Positions 55,688 to 64,000 of a DNA stretch of 64,000 nucleotides are shown piece after piece (position 1 is the stretch's first letter; every line of letters begins with the position of its first letter). The position numbers were made by a program, and so were the translations under genes. The notes under the pieces were generated by a model. The model was not told the origin of the DNA, did no database searches, and worked only from the letters and a program-made list of their open reading frames with translations. The DNA lies in assembly GCA_033763315.1 (NCBI GenBank), contig JANRKS010000034.1, forward strand, positions 340 to 64,339, in the 5' to 3' direction. Source of the stretch: Deltaproteobacteria bacterium (GTDB taxonomy: Bacteria; Myxococcota_A; Polyangia; Fen-1088).

Positions 55688-57349
55688 ATGGCACCCGCGA
55701 CGTTGTCTGTTGTTCGCCCTCTTTACACCTTCATAGCGGTTTGGTCCTTAACCGGAGGGTGTTCGGGCGCGGTTCGTTCTACTGATAGCGGCGATGACGG
55801 TGCGGGCGGTGGGGCAGGCACGTCGGAACAAACGGGGGGCGCTGGTTCTAACGGTAGCGCCGCGGGCCCCGCGCGTGCGGCGCCAACCATGCTCCGACGA
55901 CTCACGAACACTGAGTATCGCAACACATTGGTGGCTCTGTTGTCCTTGCCGCAGTCCCCAAAGGATTCACTTAGCGCCGATCCGTTGAGCAAGGCCGGCT
56001 TTGATAACTTCTCGTCACAGCTAACGGTGTCCACAACAACGGCAGCGCAATACGCGGCCTTAAGCGAGTCGCTGGTTTCGGCATGGAAGGCCCCCGCCTG
56101 CGCCGGCGCCGAAACAGATTGCGCAAAAACGTTCGTTGCAAGCTTTGGCAAGAAGGCTTTTCGTCGTCCCCTGAGTGACACGGAGCTGCAGCGTTACGTG
56201 GCTCTTTACACCGACGAGCGCACAAGAGGAACCCACGCAGGGGCGCTTGGGCAGGTGGTGGAAACGATGTTGCAATCCCCGAAGTTCCTCTACAGATCGG
56301 AGCTTGGGAATCCTGCCGATGGCGCCAATCGCAAGCTCACGCCATACGAAGTTGCCACGGCGCTTTCTTACCTATTTACGGGTTCAATGCCCGACGACGA
56401 GCTGTTTGCGGCCGCCGACGCGGATGCGCTGCGCACGCCTGCGCAGATAGAAAAGCAAGCGCGGCGCCTGCTTGGCTTGCCATCCGCAAAGAGCACGCTT
56501 CGCGGCTTCATTGAGGCTTATGCCGGCATCACACGATTGTCGGAAATCACCAAGAACGCCGAAACATACCCGCAGTTCACGGCTGCCCTTCACAGCGCGA
56601 TGAAGGAGGAGACGAGCCGCTTTATTGATTCGGTGCTTTGGGAAGGTGACGGAACCTTCAAGTCTTTGTTGACCAACACAACCACCTTCGTCAATGCAGA
56701 CTTGGCAAAGTTTTATGGTCTGCCTGGCGCCGCTGATCCCACCACCTTCGTGAAAGCGACGCCACTACACCGCGCTGGCCTTTTGACCCGCCCAGCGGTG
56801 CTTGCGGCCCATTCAAAGGCCAACGAATCGTTCCCCATCTTGCGTGGCAAGTTCGTGCGAGTGGCTTTGCTCTGCCAAAATCTTCCCGCGCCGCCCAAGG
56901 TTGTGCCCAAAGCGCCCGAGCCCGCCGCCAACGCCACCACGCGTGAGCGCTTTGCTCAACACGCAAGTGACCCCGCCTGCTCTGGGTGCCATCGTTTGAT
57001 CGACCCGCTTGGTTTTGGATTCGAGAACTACGATGGCATTGGCCAATACCGCGAAACAGAAAGTGGCAAACCGATCGATGCCGCGGGCGTCATCACAGAC
57101 ACGATCGACCTGGATGGGCCTTTCATGGGCGCGGTGGAGCTGTCGCAAAAGTTGGCGTCAAGCGCGGAAGCCCAGCAGTGCTTTGCTCTGCAGGCCTTTC
57201 GATGGATGTTCGGTCGGTACGACGCTGACGATGAAGCCAAGATCGCTGAAGCGGCGCAAACCGCATTGTCCCGTGAGGGCTTAAATATCAAAGACCTGTT
57301 TGTGTCTTTAGCGAAGACCGATGCCTTTGCTTCCAGGACGTTCGAGTAA
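55688..57349 (+). CDS. DUF1587/DUF1592/DUF1588/DUF1585-family lipoprotein; same-length (553 aa) paralog of 21400..23061.
   Basis: Lipobox VWSLTGGCSG. LTNTEYRNTLVALL, FGKKAFRRPL, GLLTRPAVLA, CSGCHRLIDPLGFGFENYDGIGQYR. Confidence 0.8.
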   Translation: MAPATLSVVRPLYTFIAVWSLTGGCSGAVRSTDSGDDGAGGGAGTSEQTGGAGSNGSAAGPARAAPTMLRRLTNTEYRNTLVALLSLPQSPKDSLSADPLSKAGFDNFSSQLTVSTTTAAQYAALSESLVSAWKAPACAGAETDCAKTFVASFGKKAFRRPLSDTELQRYVALYTDERTRGTHAGALGQVVETMLQSPKFLYRSELGNPADGANRKLTPYEVATALSYLFTGSMPDDELFAAADADALRTPAQIEKQARRLLGLPSAKSTLRGFIEAYAGITRLSEITKNAETYPQFTAALHSAMKEETSRFIDSVLWEGDGTFKSLLTNTTTFVNADLAKFYGLPGAADPTTFVKATPLHRAGLLTRPAVLAAHSKANESFPILRGKFVRVALLCQNLPAPPKVVPKAPEPAANATTRERFAQHASDPACSGCHRLIDPLGFGFENYDGIGQYRETESGKPIDAAGVITDTIDLDGPFMGAVELSQKLASSAEAQQCFALQAFRWMFGRYDADDEAKIAEAAQTALSREGLNIKDLFVSLAKTDAFASRTFE

Positions 57350-57368
57350 GCCGCGAAGGAGACCAATC

Positions 57369-58724
57369 ATGTCACATGCATTAATTCGACGTCGCAGTCT
57401 GATGAAGCGCCTCGGTGCTGCCGGCTTCCTTGCAGCGCCTGTGTTTCGCGAAGCGTTTGCCGAGGCCGCCGCAACGCCACCCTTGAGGCTCATTCTTCTG
57501 AACTTGCCAGGTGGGATCCCGTTCAAGGGAGGATCAGAGGAGCAGCTCGACACGTTTTTCGATACGATGCTGAAGCCCTTTGCGGCGTTGCAGTCCGACG
57601 CTTTCGTTTTCGACAACATTCAAAATGGCGCTGGAGATTTGGTCTCAACCTATTTTGAGCTCGAAGGTCACGGTGGAGGCTGCCGATCGATCTTTGGCGC
57701 GGCCGTCATGGATCAAGGGTGCAAGGGCACCGCGAGCTGTGGTGCGGAGGAGAATGCGTATCGGTATGGCACGGCGACCACGATCGACCAGCACTTGGCG
57801 AAAGCCATTGGCTCCCGCACACAGTTTCCTGCACTGCACTTTGGAACTTTGTGGGACAAGGGCCAAGGCGGTGATCACGCCGAATGCTTCTTCAACAATG
57901 GCCAACCGGTGCGCCCGATGGCCGATCCGATGGCCGCCTTCACCCGTTTGTTTGGCAACAAGGCGCCAAGCGCCAACACAGGTTCCACGGGCCCTGATGC
58001 TCTCACAGTGAATAAGCGTGCGCGCGGCAAAAGCCGCCTGGATGCGCTCTATGCTGAAATCGCCGAGGTGAAAGCGATCGCCGGTCGAACGGAGCGGGCG
58101 AAGCTCGATCAGCATCTTACGGCGCTGCGTGAGTTGGAAACACAGCTTCCCGCGGCTCAAGATGGTGCCCCCGTGCCGCAAAAGGGGACCTCGTGCAGCA
58201 CTCCTTCGGTCACAGCCGCGGCTGACATTCGCATTGTGAGTGCCGCATTCAACGGGCTCGCTTACCAAGCGCTGAACTGCGACCTTACGCGTATCGTGGC
58301 TTTGCAATGGTTGTCATCTGGCGACCATCTGCCGCGGTTTGAATGGTTGGGTTGCAAAACCGATCACCATACGATGGAGCACAGTTCAAACGGCGCCGAA
58401 TACATCAAAGCGCAAACGTGGATCCTTGAGCAGATGGCGGCGTTTGTGGGCATGCTGAAGGCCACGCCCGAGGGCAACGGCAACATGCTCGACAATTCTA
58501 TCGTCTATCTGGCGTCGGAGATGGGCAACGGCACGCACCTACTCAGCCCTGCGCTTTCCGTAATGTTTGGCAAGGCAGGGGGCGCCTTTCGCCCCGGGCG
58601 CCGCATCGATATGGGCGGGCGCCACATCAATGATGTGTTGCTCACGATCACGAAAACGATGGGCCTCAACGCATCCTCGATCGGTGATGCCAAATTCAAT
58701 AAGGGCGTGGTGTCGTTGGCCTGA
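57369..58724 (+). CDS. DUF1552-family TAT-secreted protein; paralog of 23058..24440.
   Basis: MSHALIRRRSLMKRLGAAGFLAAPVF is a TAT signal. The ATG at 57369 is 19 nt past the upstream stop; the ORF is open from 57321. Confidence 0.8.
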   Translation: MSHALIRRRSLMKRLGAAGFLAAPVFREAFAEAAATPPLRLILLNLPGGIPFKGGSEEQLDTFFDTMLKPFAALQSDAFVFDNIQNGAGDLVSTYFELEGHGGGCRSIFGAAVMDQGCKGTASCGAEENAYRYGTATTIDQHLAKAIGSRTQFPALHFGTLWDKGQGGDHAECFFNNGQPVRPMADPMAAFTRLFGNKAPSANTGSTGPDALTVNKRARGKSRLDALYAEIAEVKAIAGRTERAKLDQHLTALRELETQLPAAQDGAPVPQKGTSCSTPSVTAAADIRIVSAAFNGLAYQALNCDLTRIVALQWLSSGDHLPRFEWLGCKTDHHTMEHSSNGAEYIKAQTWILEQMAAFVGMLKATPEGNGNMLDNSIVYLASEMGNGTHLLSPALSVMFGKAGGAFRPGRRIDMGGRHINDVLLTITKTMGLNASSIGDAKFNKGVVSLA

Positions 58725-58792
58725 GGCACCCACGACCGCAAAACGAGGTCGCCGCGTTTGTGGCGCAGCGGCCTCGTTGACCGCGACCTCTT

Positions 58793-61726
58793 TTATCGCA
58801 ATTTGCACATGCCCGACTTGCCGGGGCATTTGTAAATGTCTTGGCAATCAGCATCGGAATCGCAGCGTGTCTTACATGCGTTATTCACACACTTGAGGCC
58901 GTTCGCACACGCCACCGTGACTGATCCACAAGTGCCTGAACCAGTGCAGCTCGGCCTGATCTCGCTGTTTCCATCCGCGCTGCAGCTGGTGTTGCCGCAG
59001 AGCGTGCCCGATGCGGCTTGCTTACAAGCCCCGCCGCCATTGCATTTGCCGATAAAGCCGCAGGCGGTGTTGTCGGCCGTGCAACTGTCAACGTCCTCAC
59101 TGCCGTCAGGCACGTTCGCGCACGTTCCCGCGGCGTTCTTGCAGCTTTGGCATGTGCCGCACGAAGGTTTGTCGCAGCACGTGCCGTCAACGCACGTCAA
59201 GCCGGCCATGCATTCCGTTGTTGCGGCACAACCAGAACCTTTTGGCTTGAGGCCACATGAGAACGTTGAACCCACCGCCACGCAGTTCGAGCCCGCTTTG
59301 CAATCAGTGGCTTGCGTGGCAGGCGTGCATGTGGATTTACAAGTGGCGCTCGTGGAGTCACAAAGAAAGTCGCCACACGATTGAGATGATCCCATAAGGC
59401 AGGTGCCCAGGCCGTTGCAGAACCCAGCGTTGCTGAGCGTGGCGCCGCCCGAGGGACACATCGCTACGGTGCACATGGTGCTGGCGCTCCATTGGCTGCA
59501 ACCGCCTTTGCCATCGCATTGGCCATTCGTGCCGCACAAGGTGGCGGCTGTGGAGGCGCAATCACCTGCCAAATCGGCGCTGCCGGCGGGGACGCTCGAA
59601 CAGGTGCCCGCAGATCCTGAAAGGTTGCAAGCCACGCAAGTGCCTTTGCACTCCGTGTCGCAGCACACGCCATCAACACAGAACGTGCTCGCGCAATCGG
59701 CAGCTGCGGTGCAAGAGGCTCCGATGCCTTTGGTTCCACAACGGCCTTCGGTGCACGCGTTGCCCGCTACGCATTCCGTACTGTTTTGGCAAGAGTCGAT
59801 GCACGCGGTTCCAGCCGCGTTGCAGGTGTACGGATCGCACGAGCGTTTTGTGCCCGCGATGCAAATGCCTGTGCCTGAGCAGTAGGACGTCACTTGGTTT
59901 TGTCCGGCTGTGCAGTTCGCCTGTTTGCAGATTGTTGTCTCCGCGTAAAGCCGGCAACTACCGGAGCCGTTGCACGTTCCGTCGGTGCCACAGCTGGTTC
60001 CGCCCATATCTTTGCATGTGCCCATAGGATCGATCGAACCATTCGGCACAGCGGAACACATGCCCTCTTTGCCAGGCAGCGCGCAAGAGAAACAGCCTTT
60101 GTCACAGGCGGTGCCGCAACACACGCCTTGGGCGCACGCGCCGCTTTGGCATTCGCTGGCGGTGCTGCACACTTGGCCGTTGCCCTTTTTGCCGCACGAT
60201 CCCCCGCGGCACACGTTCGGCGCCACGCAGTCGGCGTCGCTGGCGCACAGATCGGCGCAGCGATTGCCATTGCAGGTAAACGGTGCGCAAGCCAACGGAG
60301 GCGAACTCATGCACGCGCCGTTGCCGTTGCAGGTGCTGGGTGGCGATGCGGTGTTGGTGGTGGAGCTGCATGAGCCTGCTTTGCAAACCGTCCCCGAAGC
60401 GTAGAGCTCACAACCTCCCGAGCCATTACACATGCCGTTTCTGCCACAAGCGGCCACGCCACCATCGATGCAAGCTTTCGCAGGATCACGTTGCCCAGCG
60501 GCGTAACGAGGATCAGGCGTGCGGGCCGGCACCGCCACACAACGACCAGGCGAGGCGGGCAAAGCGCAGTTACGGCAGAGGCCATCGCACGAGCTCTCGC
60601 AACAAACCCCGTCGGTGCAGAAGCCAGAGCCGCACTGATCGGACGCGCTGCAGGCCTGGCCCAACCCGCGCTTTCCGCAGCTGCCGTTGTTGCAGGTGGC
60701 AGGGGCAACGCAATCTTGGTTTCCTGTGCACATTGTTTTGCAAGCGCCAGCCGCGCAGACAAACGGGGCACAGGTGATGGCAGCGCCCAATTGGCAGCTG
60801 CCCTGGGCGTTGCAGGTGGCGGCGGGCATGAAGCTGCCGCCCGCACAAGAGCCCGGCGTGCACACGGTGCCCGGCGCATACCGAGCGCAGCCGCCTTGGC
60901 CATTGCATTTTCCGGAGAAGCCGCAGGTAGAGACATCTGACTTGGCGCACAGCCCATGCGGATCGTCGGCGCCCGCTTTGGCTGGCACGCACTGGCCTGG
61001 CTGCGTGGGATCTTTGCAAGTCACGCAAGGGCCATCGCAAACCGTGTTGCAACAAACGCCATCAACGCACGTCCCGGAATCACATTCGCTGTTGTTCGCG
61101 CACGTGAGACCCACGGGCTTCTTGCCGCATGAGCCGTCCTTGCAGGCGCGCCCGCTCGTGCATTCAGCGTCCGTCTTGCATTCAGCGAGACACGTCGATG
61201 TGGTTTTGTCGCAAATGAACGGCGCGCAGCTTTGATTGGCGCCCGCTGTACACACACCGCTTTGGCACTGCTTGGGCGCCACCAATTGCGCACCGTTGCA
61301 CACCCCAGCCTCGCACGGCGTGTTGTCGGGATATTTGCGGCAACCGCCGCGGCCATCGCACGTGCCATCAAGGCCACAGGAAGCGACGTTGCTGCGAGGG
61401 CAGGCATTTTCTTTGGCCGGCGGCGCTGCTTCAGGCACGGGCGTGCAAACGCCGACGTGGCCCGTGACATCGCAGGATTCACAGGGGCCTGTGCACGCGC
61501 TTGTGCAGCAGATGCCGGATGCGCAAACGCCGTCGGCGCAATCACCATCAGTGGTGCAGGCTCCGCCGCGTTGGACCGTACCGCCGCCTCCCACGGGAGG
61601 TGCGGCGTCTGGCGTCCCGTTGTTCGTATTTTTGACGGTGCATCCTGAGAGGACCCACACCACGCCAAATACTGCGGCCGCTCGTCGAGCGAGGCACGAG
61701 ACATAAGATCTATCGCCAGCGGTCAT
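58793..61726 (-). CDS. Large secreted/lipoprotein built from about 5 tandem ~190-aa Cys-rich repeat units.
   Basis: Lipobox VVWVLSGCT (start likely 61726; the ORF is open to 61777). The repeat skeleton C..DGDC.SG.C.DGVCC...C.GPC..C...G..G.C..VP...DP.G.C......CG..G.C.G.GGC..Y..GT.C....C.G.........C...G.C.....C.PF.C....C...C..D.DC recurs about 5 times, with more than 150 Cys in total. Confidence 0.7.
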   Translation of the reverse strand: MTAGDRSYVSCLARRAAAVFGVVWVLSGCTVKNTNNGTPDAAPPVGGGGTVQRGGACTTDGDCADGVCASGICCTSACTGPCESCDVTGHVGVCTPVPEAAPPAKENACPRSNVASCGLDGTCDGRGGCRKYPDNTPCEAGVCNGAQLVAPKQCQSGVCTAGANQSCAPFICDKTTSTCLAECKTDAECTSGRACKDGSCGKKPVGLTCANNSECDSGTCVDGVCCNTVCDGPCVTCKDPTQPGQCVPAKAGADDPHGLCAKSDVSTCGFSGKCNGQGGCARYAPGTVCTPGSCAGGSFMPAATCNAQGSCQLGAAITCAPFVCAAGACKTMCTGNQDCVAPATCNNGSCGKRGLGQACSASDQCGSGFCTDGVCCESSCDGLCRNCALPASPGRCVAVPARTPDPRYAAGQRDPAKACIDGGVAACGRNGMCNGSGGCELYASGTVCKAGSCSSTTNTASPPSTCNGNGACMSSPPLACAPFTCNGNRCADLCASDADCVAPNVCRGGSCGKKGNGQVCSTASECQSGACAQGVCCGTACDKGCFSCALPGKEGMCSAVPNGSIDPMGTCKDMGGTSCGTDGTCNGSGSCRLYAETTICKQANCTAGQNQVTSYCSGTGICIAGTKRSCDPYTCNAAGTACIDSCQNSTECVAGNACTEGRCGTKGIGASCTAAADCASTFCVDGVCCDTECKGTCVACNLSGSAGTCSSVPAGSADLAGDCASTAATLCGTNGQCDGKGGCSQWSASTMCTVAMCPSGGATLSNAGFCNGLGTCLMGSSQSCGDFLCDSTSATCKSTCTPATQATDCKAGSNCVAVGSTFSCGLKPKGSGCAATTECMAGLTCVDGTCCDKPSCGTCQSCKNAAGTCANVPDGSEDVDSCTADNTACGFIGKCNGGGACKQAASGTLCGNTSCSADGNSEIRPSCTGSGTCGSVTVACANGLKCVNNACKTRCDSDADCQDIYKCPGKSGMCKLR

Positions 61727-61819
61727 AAGGCCTCCAAGTTTGCAAAGTCCCGCCGGCCGGTGCCGGTATCGAGCCAAGTAGCAAAGTGTAAGCTATGTCG
61801 ACGGGGACGGCTACGTCGT

Positions 61820-62668
61820 TTACTTTTGCAGCGGTGTCGAGCGCGCGGCCCGCAACATCTCATCCACGGGAGGGGTGGCTTTGATGGCCAGCTTTACAGC
61901 ATAGGCCGCTTGGTGAACCAGCATGGGCAGGCCGTCCTGGTAACGGGGGGTGCGTCGCCTTGCCGCGGTCGCCAAGGGGCTCGTGGTGCCGTAGGCCATC
62001 TCGACCACAGCGGCTGCCTTGGTCAGAGCGCTTAAACCCTGCAGAAGCGCTGCATCCTCCCACGCCGCGGCGGGGATGGCCGAGATCAACACGTCTGTGT
62101 TGGGCAAGTGTATCGCCAGTGTTTCGCTGTTGAGCGAGGCCACCTCAACCCGCTTGCGCAGGTTCTCGGGCAAGCGGTTCCTAAGAGCGCGAGCCGGGGC
62201 CACTCGACGCGCCAAAATGACCACGTGCGCGCCCTTTTTTACCAACGCCAAGAGCGCTCCTGCCGCGGCCCCGCCGGCGCCGACCATCACGAATCGCGTG
62301 CCACGTTTCACGGCCACCCCGAGATCACCTAACGCCGCCAGCAAACCTTGGCCGTCGGTGTTGTCGGCGGTTATCTCCACGGCCCCCGCTTTGCGGCGAA
62401 ACACCAACGTATTCGCGGCTCCCGTCATGTCGACGGCGGCCGATCGCCGCGTGGCGATGCGCGCGGCAAGCTTCTTGTGCGGGATCGTCACATTGACGTA
62501 GTTGTATCCGTCTTTGACGAGCGCACGGATCGCTTTGCGGAAGTCTTTGCCGCTGACACTCACCGCTTCGTACTTGCCCTTGATGCCTAGCGCTGCGTAC
62601 GCGGCGTTGTGAATCTGAGGCGAGCGGCTGCGGCTGACGTCTTGCCCCAACACGGCGGCACGAATCAT
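61820..62668 (-). CDS. aroE: Shikimate 5-dehydrogenase.
   Basis: SRSPQIHNAAY (the SxSPxxHN substrate motif), GYNYVNVTIPHK, NTDGQG, and the Rossmann VMVGAGGAAAGA. Confidence 0.85.
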   Translation of the reverse strand: MIRAAVLGQDVSRSRSPQIHNAAYAALGIKGKYEAVSVSGKDFRKAIRALVKDGYNYVNVTIPHKKLAARIATRRSAAVDMTGAANTLVFRRKAGAVEITADNTDGQGLLAALGDLGVAVKRGTRFVMVGAGGAAAGALLALVKKGAHVVILARRVAPARALRNRLPENLRKRVEVASLNSETLAIHLPNTDVLISAIPAAAWEDAALLQGLSALTKAAAVVEMAYGTTSPLATAARRRTPRYQDGLPMLVHQAAYAVKLAIKATPPVDEMLRAARSTPLQK

Positions 62669-63996
62669 TCGTCGTCCTTCCGCTTATCATCAGACGCTTG
62701 CGACGTTTGTTCCACCACGGCCACCAGCGTACCTTGTTTTAAAGTGACGTCGATGCGCTGCCCGGCGCTCACGTCGCTCTTTGACGTCACAAGGCGACCG
62801 TCGGCTGTGCGCACGAGGCTGTAGCCGCGATCCAAAACGCGCAATGGCGACAAGGCTTCAAGTTTGGCGGTGAGCCGGCCTAACGCCTGCTTTCGCGGCG
62901 CGATCGCTGCAACCGCCGCCTTCGCCAGCCGCTGCTCCAGCGCCACCACATGCGCGCGCTGAACGGCGATGCGTTTTTGCGGATGCGCGCGCAAAAGCGC
63001 CGTTTCCACAGTGCGCAGCTGGACGCGTTTGCGTCCCAGCGTCGCCTTCAAACTGTTTTCTGCGCGCGTTTGCAGATCATCAAGCGATTGGCGCCGTCGA
63101 TCCAAGAGCCGGCGCGGATCTGACAGGCGGGTGGTCAATCTTTCCAACGCCAATCGCGCCCGGTGCAGCTCTCTATCGGTGCACCGGTGCAGGCGCCGGC
63201 TGGCGCTCACGAGTTCCTCGCGCAGGGCGCGCATCTCTGGAATCGCTATTTCGGCCGCAGCCGAGGGGGTGGGGGCGCGCCGATCGGCGACGAAGTCCGC
63301 GATTGTGAAGTCAGTCTCGTGTCCCACAGCCGAAATCACCGGAACGGGGCTGCGAGCAATGGCGCGGGCCACGCGCTCTTCATTGAATGCCCACAGATCT
63401 TCGAGCGAACCACCCCCGCGCGCCAAGATGATCACATCGATGCCAGGCACACGCCACAGCCGCTCAAGCGCATTGACGATGAATCCAGCCGCGCTTTCAC
63501 CTTGCACGGGCGTGGGTGAAAGCACAATGCGCATGGGAAAGCGCCGGTGGGCGACATGCACGATGTCGCGGATGACAGCGCCCGTGGGCGACGTAACCAC
63601 GCCCACGCAGCGGGGCAAAAACGGCAGCGGGCGTTTGCGCTCGGGTGCAAACAGCCCCTCGGCCTCCAGCCGCTGCTTGAGTTGCAAGAACGCCAGCGCC
63701 AACGCCCCCGCGCCCGCGGGCTCGATGTCCACCAACGTCATCTGGAACTTGCCGCGCCCTTCGTAAATCGTAAGCCTGCCGCGACAGCGGACCTGCATGC
63801 CGTCGCGTGGCTTAAACTTCAGGCGTGCGGCGTCGCGCGAGAACATCACGCAGTCGACCTGCGCTTGCGCCTCTTTGAGCGTGAAATAAAGGTGGCCTGT
63901 GGGCGACGGTTTCATGCCAGAGATTTCACCCTCCACGCGCACGTCGGCATAGCGGGTTTCCAACATCACCCGCGCGCTGCGAACCAACTCCATCAC
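62665..63996 (-). CDS. xseA: Exodeoxyribonuclease VII large subunit.
   Basis: VRVEGEISGMKPSPTGHLYFTLKE (OB fold), VGVVTSPTGAVIRDI, ILARGGGSLEDLWAFNEE. Its stop overlaps the aroE start (ATGA). The N-terminus is at the window edge. Confidence 0.85.
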   Translation of the reverse strand: MMELVRSARVMLETRYADVRVEGEISGMKPSPTGHLYFTLKEAQAQVDCVMFSRDAARLKFKPRDGMQVRCRGRLTIYEGRGKFQMTLVDIEPAGAGALALAFLQLKQRLEAEGLFAPERKRPLPFLPRCVGVVTSPTGAVIRDIVHVAHRRFPMRIVLSPTPVQGESAAGFIVNALERLWRVPGIDVIILARGGGSLEDLWAFNEERVARAIARSPVPVISAVGHETDFTIADFVADRRAPTPSAAAEIAIPEMRALREELVSASRRLHRCTDRELHRARLALERLTTRLSDPRRLLDRRRQSLDDLQTRAENSLKATLGRKRVQLRTVETALLRAHPQKRIAVQRAHVVALEQRLAKAAVAAIAPRKQALGRLTAKLEALSPLRVLDRGYSLVRTADGRLVTSKSDVSAGQRIDVTLKQGTLVAVVEQTSQASDDKRKDDE

Positions 63997-64000
63997 TGTG

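Overview
This is a high-GC (~65-70%) bacterial window. Its gene content points to a myxobacterial-type (Myxococcota) accessory region: DUF1592/DUF1552 and PSCyt/DUF1501 gene pairs, a fibro-slime lipoprotein, a PilY1-like giant adhesin, Cys-rich repeat proteins, and an ECF sigma/anti-sigma pair. A housekeeping block (secA, fabI, a pseudouridine synthase, aroE, xseA) sits at the 3' end. There are about 45 supportable CDSs and no rRNA, tRNA or CRISPR.

Main points:
- A 2343-aa PilY1-like protein (6222..13253, minus strand) has an N-terminal vWA MIDAS motif, Cys-rich modules, four inserted LamG/ConA-like domains and a C-terminal PilC/PilY1 beta-propeller. It is flanked on both sides by paralogous NarL-type two-component systems whose kinases have extracytoplasmic beta-propeller sensors. 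A third, orphan NarL regulator lies nearby.
- A single 502-aa ORF (44178..45686) aligns along its length to the type VI secretion sheath proteins TssB (VipA) and then TssC (VipB), fused in one frame and lacking the TssC C-terminal roughly 120 aa. It sits immediately upstream of a Hanks-type Ser/Thr kinase with an N-terminal zinc ribbon and C-terminal PPC domains. No other T6SS genes are in the window. This is the best candidate for an undescribed module.
- Three lipoprotein/TAT gene pairs of unknown function are present: DUF1592-family + DUF1552 twice, and PSCyt/DUF1549/DUF1553 + DUF1501 once. Four of these six genes form one contiguous overlapping cluster (21400..29162).
- A glycan-active set sits in the same neighbourhood: GH29 fucosidase, two SGNH/GDSL esterases (one CE2-like), a DUF1080-like protein, a BNR propeller lipoprotein and CBM-like lipoproteins.
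- Also present: a solo IS-type transposase OrfA remnant in a low-GC patch, in-frame tandem DNA repeats encoding Gly/Ser linkers, several palindromes and terminators, and a 994-aa protein built from Cys-rich repeats.

All domain calls come from reading motifs in the translations. No database searches were run.
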